Source: a virus
Lineage: Duplodnaviria > Caudoviricetes
DNA length: 64,000 nucleotides
Reading direction: 5' to 3' (one strand)
Virus record (IMG/VR): IMGVR_UViG_3300045594_000287
Location: 1 to 64,000 of that record
The position numbers were made by a program, and so were the translations under genes. Of the stretch, positions 56,801-64,000 are shown one piece after another. The notes beneath the pieces are model-generated. The model was given only the letters and a program-made list of their open reading frames with translations. It was not told the origin of the DNA and ran no database searches. Positions within the stretch are counted from its first letter, which is position 1. Each line of letters starts with the position of its first letter.

Positions 56801-59800
56801 TCCCTGCGAGTGTGATCAAAGTTCAGTCAGAATTTGCCCAATTCTTTGGTGTGAATGAAGTGCTAGTCCAAAATGTACAAGTAGACACTACTCCAAATCT
56901 CCCTTCTGTAAAAACGATAACAATAGAGCTTATATCCAACGATAGAAGCTTACGCAATCGAGAAGCTTTGAATAAAATTGAAGCGGATAACGCAGGAAAG
57001 ATTGGAGGAAACGAGCAAGCTGACCGCTCGATAAAGAGTTACTTCGACATCGAAAAGACGATTGCGCAAGCAGAACTGTATCCAGATCTTGAACTTCCTA
57101 CGATAGATGAAATGCAATCTGCTGGCTGGGATTATGTAAGATATAAGTTCCAAGATGACAGAAAATATGTTGATCCAGATTTCTACTTCCTATACTTGAA
57201 TACATTGAGTTCTCAGATCATCAGAGAATCAATTATCACGTCAAAAGATTCGGGGGCAGGGGCAACAACAACGTGGAAGGATTCAACTGGCGCAAATATC
57301 AAAACGGAAATGTCTGCTCGTAAAGGCTTCAATGTAATCGCAAGAGATGCTAAAGCGCAAAAGCAGAAAGATAAAGTTATTGCTATACAGAACTCAACGA
57401 ATAAGCTGAACTCAAAAGATCTAACTGAAAATCTTAGGGATTCTAATCTGTCAAATGCAGAAGCAGCTGACGGCACGGAAACATGGGATATCTGTGAAGA
57501 CATAAAAGCGGTGTTCCTTGAAAAGGGGTATAAGCAAGAGTATGATTCCTATCAAGCTCGCGTTCATGCTCAGCAAGTAAGCGGTACAACTGGAAATGCT
57601 GGTGCTATTGACATCAGCGGGACTGACAAGACAGCAACGCAAACTGCTGCCACTTCATCAACCACGGCAGCTACGAATACCACAGATACATCTTCGAAAG
57701 CAGCAGATACCACGAGCGATTCCTCAGATACCGAAAAAACAGATGATGCAACAAAATCCGACAGTTCATCTGGAGATATCCAAACAGAGGGGAAATGGGT
57801 AGCTACCCAGCTTGCAGATGCACAGAAAGCGTCAAAAGCTATTGAAGAGTATCTAAACGGAACTGGCATAACAGAAACCGTAACCGACAATAATGTAGTA
57901 AAAGAAGCTGCTTCTAAGCAGTCTGCTTCAAACGTCTTGTCCACAAGTGTTGGAAAAAGCGACACTCCGACGACTGCAGGAACGAGCGAGGCATCGACGT
58001 CAGATAAAACAACCACAACATCAACAGAAAAAACATGCCAGGACAATTCGATGGAAAGCAAGATATCCGAAGCAGTAAATAAATTCTTTCAGGATGCATC
58101 CGTCCAAGCAATTCTTGGGTTCTTAAATGTTGAATACACGAATGAAACATTCCTGGCTACAGTTAGAGATATCGTTTATGCTGCTGCTTGTGCAGCCACT
58201 GGCGAAAAAGAATACTCAAATAAAGACCAAGCTACCGGATGGAGGCCGTCACCTGACTTCATTGGTGTCGTAACAGGTAATGGTCAGGATGATAGCAACA
58301 CCACACTAGCAAAAACAGTTGATGAAGCAATGGATAGGGCCATAGAATTTGGTTGCTTTAAAATAAAGCAATACGACAGTTCTACATTTCTTAAGATGAC
58401 CGGGGAAAGCCCAAAAGACGTGTGGGGAGGCAGCGAGGATACCAATGCAACTCACTTTTTAATTGATCCATACTACAGAAGCAAATCGATTGAGGAAATT
58501 AAGCAGTACAAAAAAGGATGTATCAACAATGCAAGATTCTGCACAATGGCGTACCTTCGCATCATGCTGTATTGGTTGAAAAAGTTGATTGACATCCAAG
58601 CTTTCCCAGCAATGACTGCTGACGTATTAAGGTCGGCAGCCAAAAACGAAATGTCCATTATTCAAAAGAACAAAGAAAAAAATGTAGATGGCGACATGGA
58701 TAAATCTATGGAACAGCATTTGAACTTTTTCAGCAAACGGTCGTATGCAGTAGATGCCGGAAAGTTTTGGACAGCATGTACCCTAGCATCAGGTGATGGG
58801 AATACAACTATTTTTGATCGAATTAAAAAGCGTGATTATCGCGGTTTGAATGGTTACATCTCTGGGTGTTCTAAGCCGGCAAGCTTTATCGATCCTTCCG
58901 ATAATGGAAGTTTAGCTGTACGTAAAATGACCCTCGCTTTGGTTGGCAAAAAACGAATTAAAGATTCGGATGCTATAGGTGTTCCACAAAATACGCCTGC
59001 CACTACCTACATGAGAGACCTGTCAGAAAAAAAATATATTGAAGCAGCAGAAGATCCAGCAACTTACTGCATGCATGCTTGTCACGATATGATAGTAAAC
59101 GATGCAAGAGGGCGCATGCTTAGAGCTTTTCCTACGTACTACATGATGTTCATAGATGAAGGCAGAGAAATCGGCATGTGGAAGCTCCATGACAACTTCT
59201 ATAACAATATGTGCATTTCCAGTATCCAGGTCGTGAAATCCAGAAAACTTCCGGCGGATACGGCTATTGTATGTATGAGTAACTTCTACCAGTCATTCAC
59301 AACTGAAAATGAAGATTATCAAAAAGTAGAAGAAGAAACCTGGGGCAATACATTCAAATCTATTATGAGTCCATTCTTCTCGGATGATTATGGTAAGGAG
59401 CAAGAAGCCAAACGCAAATCGGCACCGCCTGAAGATAAGATACGACTCCGCCCGGGTGCACGCATTCATATCCGTATGGGGTACGGATCAAACGCAGCCA
59501 TGCTGCCGGTTGTCTTTAACGGTAACATTGCGGAAGTAACCGCTACAGACACCGTTGAGTTCCAGGCCCAGGGTGATGGCGTGGAGTTGATGAATCCAAT
59601 CGTAGATGATACGGAAGGACATCAAATTATAAATCAAGATAGCCTGGTGAAAGGTTGGTTTACCAACGGAGGAACTCCGAAAGATATCATGAACGCCATC
59701 CTGACTTCTTGTGGCGGAATCATAAAAGCCGCTATGAAAGATCTCGGACGTCAAGATCTTCTCGGTAGAAACCCATACGGAATTTATCATTTTGGTAATC

Positions 59801-62130
59801 CTGATTTTACACGGATTTTTAAATCAGGAGAGCCAACTCAAAACATATTTGAAGCTTGTGCTAAACCGGCCTGGGGTGATGACAACTCCGTAACATCAAA
59901 GTATGCAATGGATGAAGCCCCACATATCACATTCGATGCATTTCAGAAAACGATATGGGATATTGCAAACATCTGCAAGTCCGTTTCGCCAGACTACGTA
60001 TGCTCAGTAGCTCCATTCGATTTTCGTTCCACTCTGTTTATCGGCCATCCGCGTTACTATTATGCATACAGTTACGGAAATGAAGGCGGCGCGGTAACGG
60101 AGCGACGCAAGCCATTCCAGCAATTTCATTTTTATTCCAGTGCGTCTGATATCATTTCAAATGGCATCATTGCATCAAAATCGAAAATGAAAACGGCAGC
60201 ACTTGGTTTGTACCAAGTAGCAGAAGCGTTGAACATCAAACGGCAAGAAAAAGTTGGACCGTTATTTGCTGATATTGATATCTACCCAGAAAATCAAAAA
60301 ACCATGATTGTCGACACGCAGCTTTACGGAAAAGGCATTCCAATTATTGGATATTTTGGCGGCAATCTGCTGGCAGACCTATTTGATTATGCAGCTGATG
60401 ATAAAGGGAGCGTTGTAAGTCATGAAAAAATTGCATGGCGTATGACAGCATCTGCTCTTAAAGACTCTGTAAAAGATATGTACATGGGAGATCTTGTGGT
60501 CCTGGGTGATCCGAGTATTAAACCTCATGATCGTGTATTTATCATGGATGGATATTCAGGCATAACTGGACAATGTACGGTAAAAGAAGTTGTTATGGAC
60601 ATGTCTGTGGATCAAGGCTTTGTCACAACCATATCTCCAGACTGTATCAATACCGTTGATGACAGGTTTGAGAATTCCGTGTTCTCATGGGTAAACTCTA
60701 TGGGGGCTACCGGTTGCGCAGCAATTGGTGGAATCGCCATGGCAGCAACATGTTATCTTGCCGGCACGGTGCCTACAATCAACAAGATCAAAGACATTGC
60801 TAAAAGTACTAAAATTGCCAAAGGAGCCAAAAAAGCTGCTGATATCGCTAAAGATTCTAAAACCATAGCTAATGCTGCTAAGGCCGCAAAAACTGCTGCT
60901 GCTGCTATAAAAGGAGTAAAGGCAGTAGGAGCAGTTGTTGGAGTCGCCGGTGCTGCCGTAGGTGGAATAGCAGCAGCAACCGCTGCGGCACCTGCCATAG
61001 CTATGACACTGGCAGCGTGCGCAACTACGTATGCTATCGGATCTTTTGTTAATACGTTTATTGAACGAACAACAAAGAATTGGCAGGTGCTGCAGATCTG
61101 GCCGCTCAAACGATATGGTTTATGCTGGACTGCCGGCGTCGAAGGGAGCAAAGGCCTTGTCGTTGGATCGCCATCGCATGATAAGCAGGGTGCTTTAACA
61201 AAAGCATTTTCTTATTTAGCCAATTCCAATAGTAAGACCTTTATAGGTGGATTATTAACCGGACTCCTACTCGATGAAGATGTTCAAAAAATTGCAGATA
61301 AATACGACACCTCTCAAAACGTTATCGACGAGTCGGGAGAACCATCGACGCCTGAAGCATCTTACGATAATGTACTTAGATCATCAGCCGGGCAGAGCGG
61401 AGGAAACCTTCCGGGAGATTATCGCAACATGCAAATTGTCCCCCGTGCTGACTACAACTCTGGTGATGATGTGCAGAAGTCGTACGATCACTTTGCGGTG
61501 ATGGATACGGAACAGTATCAGAACGATCCAAAGATCCAATACTATCGCCTGGTAAGTGGAGATACTCGCCTCAAGCCATATATTGATGAGCAGTTCTTTA
61601 AAATTATCCACGAGACACCGGCTCTTAATAAAGGGGAGCAGGTAGATTCTCAAATCATCACAACCAATGGTGTAAATCATTATGTGAAAGTCATACATTA
61701 TACGATGAATAATGGTAAAGAACTTTGCGATATGCCGCTGCTTCACCCTGATGCTCTGAATATTCTCTACGAAATTGTTCGCAGGGCAAAAAACAACATG
61801 CCGGCAGCCAATGCTTCGGACAAATACGAAGCGTACGAAGACACAAAAAGTAGTTTCATTGCACTGGAATCGGCGCTCCGAGTCGGAGATACCGAATCCC
61901 AGGGGGCGGCAGGTTTTACCTTCATTCTTCAAGCGATGGAGAATGCAGTAAAGCCTATGACTTCAGCGATAAAAGAACTACATGATGAAATCGCAGCAGA
62001 CGCAAAAGATGATCCCCTTAAGAACGCTGAGCTTTTTAACTCAAAAGATCTGGGAGAGAATAAAGTAGCCGTAGTGGTAAGAATGCCACGAGTCACATCT
62101 AAAAACATAACAGATGGAGGCAATGTTTAA
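53863..62130 (+). CDS. Giant multidomain baseplate hub-like protein (2755 aa)
   Basis: N-terminal degenerate SNase; tube-initiator-like segment (TIGDVTLFVPPTSI); hub-like motifs PGARIHIRMGYG..VVFNG.I.EV and G.LVVLGDP.IKP.D; hydrophobic helices at about 60700-61050. Confidence 0.65.
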   Translation: MANENTTETVNKDVAAAADHVNNMDYRVSDKNFKTPEMGDFYIGAVDSTYLKRLDEIVNGKGEGEGDDKNAAFYTEAPPVKELGETPTSLFVKAHVNISQDDIDNGLCNGNTLNVSLDGIVGDSEGKAVSNIQASMFNNTFNTPMVGTESKNISVRLVGMKCPANPKWAQEKGVKKDSIKMKTVAIGDAAKSSDYVFANGIHDKSETITVAYIGNKWREITIYNQDDNVMDFRWCVDSGDSDGGSKDSGGVTAANNLKKLIDSANGEVYFLLDKNSCPTQFASTSSDILSDSSAIQQLASWNKTNDNSSNGLNQVTQDAAARFIGAAYVKRDGKWINLTKAALTDDSNQTLSADTSYDGKCRDVFKPARYDKDSVNYADAFMKLTDEIDDRKKIQHDIFNSTPEDLRKWTVTIGDVTLFVPPTSITCTSEIENERLPMLRSKGSMAKTGRRSVRHIQMHIYFNEERGINGFKYEAKTPNGSAIKYSINGLRSLVAQFKFVPYVPIDNEYINETLGISAVTVNNLSVKNVNGYPRLLDATLTVTEFDYTVYMPEATLTGIDNGGFVNFFAAAINWPTMRYYYQRALSYGDSFKENGLTYNSSDYNKAIIKNRTSLIPMSFTDPNVKFYVASADYLDKMLQAKLNAKRGKGDNNISFTPDEKNAAKDLGTIYDAIDACKNDGEFQNALAKLNSRDLAWSPKYSENGNYINLTGDTAFSGKEQYSQGMVSGTNLCMVASGYTGDREGVEKDLNGALSLLKAHMDEVNEKAGKTILSDPKFYIKCSGGNDERKFSAGVSYAVNLEYLSTDANYNDIRKDVSNYIDANSEDFFNDRRINVPLSLPLSNPSENYKTTVMPKNGELSIDMDNKDVAFLKYCQTLGKEAPDPNDTKRISFVNLNQLDNLYYEEYTMPETRVSNWSVALTNHISNLNVCEISGSSPQYLGGEDLAITMEVTTTSDEVVKKLSCLPQICAAYGRKYHSILPASVIKVQSEFAQFFGVNEVLVQNVQVDTTPNLPSVKTITIELISNDRSLRNREALNKIEADNAGKIGGNEQADRSIKSYFDIEKTIAQAELYPDLELPTIDEMQSAGWDYVRYKFQDDRKYVDPDFYFLYLNTLSSQIIRESIITSKDSGAGATTTWKDSTGANIKTEMSARKGFNVIARDAKAQKQKDKVIAIQNSTNKLNSKDLTENLRDSNLSNAEAADGTETWDICEDIKAVFLEKGYKQEYDSYQARVHAQQVSGTTGNAGAIDISGTDKTATQTAATSSTTAATNTTDTSSKAADTTSDSSDTEKTDDATKSDSSSGDIQTEGKWVATQLADAQKASKAIEEYLNGTGITETVTDNNVVKEAASKQSASNVLSTSVGKSDTPTTAGTSEASTSDKTTTTSTEKTCQDNSMESKISEAVNKFFQDASVQAILGFLNVEYTNETFLATVRDIVYAAACAATGEKEYSNKDQATGWRPSPDFIGVVTGNGQDDSNTTLAKTVDEAMDRAIEFGCFKIKQYDSSTFLKMTGESPKDVWGGSEDTNATHFLIDPYYRSKSIEEIKQYKKGCINNARFCTMAYLRIMLYWLKKLIDIQAFPAMTADVLRSAAKNEMSIIQKNKEKNVDGDMDKSMEQHLNFFSKRSYAVDAGKFWTACTLASGDGNTTIFDRIKKRDYRGLNGYISGCSKPASFIDPSDNGSLAVRKMTLALVGKKRIKDSDAIGVPQNTPATTYMRDLSEKKYIEAAEDPATYCMHACHDMIVNDARGRMLRAFPTYYMMFIDEGREIGMWKLHDNFYNNMCISSIQVVKSRKLPADTAIVCMSNFYQSFTTENEDYQKVEEETWGNTFKSIMSPFFSDDYGKEQEAKRKSAPPEDKIRLRPGARIHIRMGYGSNAAMLPVVFNGNIAEVTATDTVEFQAQGDGVELMNPIVDDTEGHQIINQDSLVKGWFTNGGTPKDIMNAILTSCGGIIKAAMKDLGRQDLLGRNPYGIYHFGNPDFTRIFKSGEPTQNIFEACAKPAWGDDNSVTSKYAMDEAPHITFDAFQKTIWDIANICKSVSPDYVCSVAPFDFRSTLFIGHPRYYYAYSYGNEGGAVTERRKPFQQFHFYSSASDIISNGIIASKSKMKTAALGLYQVAEALNIKRQEKVGPLFADIDIYPENQKTMIVDTQLYGKGIPIIGYFGGNLLADLFDYAADDKGSVVSHEKIAWRMTASALKDSVKDMYMGDLVVLGDPSIKPHDRVFIMDGYSGITGQCTVKEVVMDMSVDQGFVTTISPDCINTVDDRFENSVFSWVNSMGATGCAAIGGIAMAATCYLAGTVPTINKIKDIAKSTKIAKGAKKAADIAKDSKTIANAAKAAKTAAAAIKGVKAVGAVVGVAGAAVGGIAAATAAAPAIAMTLAACATTYAIGSFVNTFIERTTKNWQVLQIWPLKRYGLCWTAGVEGSKGLVVGSPSHDKQGALTKAFSYLANSNSKTFIGGLLTGLLLDEDVQKIADKYDTSQNVIDESGEPSTPEASYDNVLRSSAGQSGGNLPGDYRNMQIVPRADYNSGDDVQKSYDHFAVMDTEQYQNDPKIQYYRLVSGDTRLKPYIDEQFFKIIHETPALNKGEQVDSQIITTNGVNHYVKVIHYTMNNGKELCDMPLLHPDALNILYEIVRRAKNNMPAANASDKYEAYEDTKSSFIALESALRVGDTESQGAAGFTFILQAMENAVKPMTSAIKELHDEIAADAKDDPLKNAELFNSKDLGENKVAVVVRMPRVTSKNITDGGNV

Positions 62131-62498
62131 TGAGTGGATTAAAAGGAATCCTGCAGAGCCGCGTAAGTAACGCGGCTCAGCATATAAACAACAGTATAAC
62201 CACTGTCGGAGTCGTTACTGATTCAGACGAAATGAATAATACTTGCTCTGTACGATATGTAGACAAAGACGGGCAAAAGCGTAATAGAGATAATGTAGTA
62301 GTTCGACTGTACGGGAGTGGCACAGACTACTTCCCGGCAAAGGACGACACGGTTGTTATCGAAGAGACGGGCGACACTTGTGTAGTGATCGCACGTCATG
62401 TCGGTAACTATGCGATGGATGTTCGTTCGAAAATGAAACTCGTCAAAGACATCTTTTCAGATAGTGGCGGGTCAGAACCGGGCGGATCAATCATATAA
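62130..62498 (+). CDS. Small baseplate/spike OB-fold-like protein
   Basis: GVV...D...TC.V.Y...P..DD.V.I pattern as in gp5/VgrG OB domains; follows the hub. Confidence 0.5.
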   Translation: MSGLKGILQSRVSNAAQHINNSITTVGVVTDSDEMNNTCSVRYVDKDGQKRNRDNVVVRLYGSGTDYFPAKDDTVVIEETGDTCVVIARHVGNYAMDVRSKMKLVKDIFSDSGGSEPGGSII

Positions 62499-62510
62499 GG
62501 GGAGATTATA

Positions 62511-63689
62511 ATGGCAGCAAGCAACAAGTCCATTAATGTAACGATCGAGCAGGACGAACCGAAAACGTTCAATCCTAAACTCTCTGACGCACAGAAACGA
62601 GCTGATAATCTCAGTCGTATGTCGGAGAAGGGGTTGATCAATGAGAAATCCGGATCATCACTTGCTCTGCGGGAGAATGGACAAACCAATTTATCGGCGG
62701 GAAAATACGCCCAATATAAAATGAATCCTAACGGTAAGGTGATGGAGAACTCTTTACAGAGCGTAACTATCACCAACCGAAAGGAATTCAAGATAGATGA
62801 AATTACTGTAAATGAACACAAGCTGAATCCGCGTTTGTACGAACTTGCAGATTTTCGCAAGATCACACTCGACACGAATAAGAACGCTATCGTTGGCAAC
62901 TTCTGTTTAAACGGCAGCGTATTGGTAAAGGCATGGGAACCGAATCTGAAGCGGTATATGCTTATTCGCCGGCCGGCTCGGCTGCCGATGTTTGGACCGC
63001 TGCTCAATGTTCCAGAAATTCCTACGGCATTAAAAGTAAACGATCCACTGAAGGTTGATGAATCGATGCTTGGTATTTCTGCCGATGGGTATCAAGTCAA
63101 TGCAGCTATATCCGATAAGAACACTCTCGTCGGTAAAAAAGGTGTCGACCGTAAGGGCATTGACCGTACACCAGAAAAATCTGGTGGCATTATCGGCGCC
63201 AGCAATGACAATAGTTCCGGACCGGGAGCAAACCACAGTTGTAATCCAGGACCAGCAAAAGGTATCGGTAAGGACAATATTCCATCAGATGCAGAACAAT
63301 GGACAGTCAATATGGCAGTACGTAGTTCTGGAATATGCGGTCTACCAGCCGATTGGCTATGGGCTCAATGGAAACATGAATCTAATTTTGATGCAAGTGA
63401 TGGAAATTATAATTTCGGTGGAATCCGTCCTAGTTCCGGGATGGAATCAAACGCTTATAACTTTGCCGTGTTCCATTCTGCTGAAGAATGGGCGGATTAT
63501 TTTGGTAAATATATTTTATTGTGGAATGACCCTCCAGTAACTCAAGCAAAAACAATGAAGGAATATGTACATTGCTTACAAAATGCCGACGGAGGAAAAA
63601 CAAAATATTGTTCCGACCCTGCCGATGAAGACTTATATTACAACACAATGGCAGAATGCTTAGGCAATCAAGGAACTGTAATTAAATAA
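62511..63689 (+). CDS. Tail-associated peptidoglycan hydrolase (C-terminal GH73/FlgJ-like domain)
   Basis: AQW.HES, YNFGGI, F.S.EE...Y, YCSDP...YY. Confidence 0.75.
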   Translation: MAASNKSINVTIEQDEPKTFNPKLSDAQKRADNLSRMSEKGLINEKSGSSLALRENGQTNLSAGKYAQYKMNPNGKVMENSLQSVTITNRKEFKIDEITVNEHKLNPRLYELADFRKITLDTNKNAIVGNFCLNGSVLVKAWEPNLKRYMLIRRPARLPMFGPLLNVPEIPTALKVNDPLKVDESMLGISADGYQVNAAISDKNTLVGKKGVDRKGIDRTPEKSGGIIGASNDNSSGPGANHSCNPGPAKGIGKDNIPSDAEQWTVNMAVRSSGICGLPADWLWAQWKHESNFDASDGNYNFGGIRPSSGMESNAYNFAVFHSAEEWADYFGKYILLWNDPPVTQAKTMKEYVHCLQNADGGKTKYCSDPADEDLYYNTMAECLGNQGTVIK

Positions 63690-63722
63690 TCGAGTTGAAG
63701 AGCTTGTTAAAGGACTGATATT

Positions 63723-64000
63723 TTGGCAAACAAGTTAATAACCAAACTCGTAGATAAAACTGTTGAGAAAGCGAATTCAGAGGCATCCGAAAAATATACT
63801 TACTGCAAAAATAAATGGATCAAAGAAAAAGGTATCGATACGTCGAAGGGGGCATTCGACGTATCTCAGCAGTACGACAAAGCCTGTAAGGCCGGCGGTG
63901 ACGAGTTTATAAACAATGAATACTATGTTGGTAAAGATGATAAACTCCGCACCGACATTACTGCTGCTATTAAAAGTGGAACGGGCAAGGAGATTACTCT
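63723..64000 (+). CDS. Hypothetical protein, truncated by the window end
   Basis: TTG start with AAAGGA RBS; frame open to the end (MANKLITKLVDK...). Confidence 0.6.
   Translation, partial: MANKLITKLVDKTVEKANSEASEKYTYCKNKWIKEKGIDTSKGAFDVSQQYDKACKAGGDEFINNEYYVGKDDKLRTDITAAIKSGTGKEIT

Overview
A 64-kb segment of a large tailed phage with a contractile tail (sheath plus tube). The host is most likely a Bacillota (Firmicutes) species, judged from strong AGGAGG-type RBSs and sigmaA-type TGnTAnnnT promoters. Two divergent blocks meet at an AT-rich gap near 10.93-11.17 kb. The left block (- strand, 409-10851) is an early/accessory operon: small ORFs, a Pif1-family helicase, and a YonO/QDE-1-like double-psi-barrel RNA polymerase that appears split into two adjacent genes (6963-9026 and 4982-6913). 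The right block (+ strand, 11192-64000) is morphogenesis: TerL, portal, prohead protease, major capsid, neck, sheath, three tube paralogs, two chaperones, a tape-measure-like protein, a 2883-aa protein, a 2755-aa baseplate hub and a GH73-like tail hydrolase. Three observations stand out. (1) The 2883-aa protein carries beta-like and beta'-like RNA polymerase motifs in order (DEG; K-x6-KG; KKG; RNP; GDYDSD) behind an intact N-terminal DEDDh exonuclease, so it is a candidate single-chain virion RNAP and the phage would have two different DPBB polymerases. (2) The 5' part of the early operon is overlaid by 4-5 host-type promoters on the opposite strand, four of them paired with a terminator, defining an array of antisense RNAs. 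One carries a 24-nt copy complementary to the RBS and start codon of the split RNAP, and two cover small hydrophobic peptide genes in a type I toxin-antitoxin-like layout. (3) The RNAP mRNA leader has a decoy start/uORF and a hairpin whose loop can pair with either start, suggesting an RNA switch. All assignments are by-eye motif recognition; no searches or folding programs were run.
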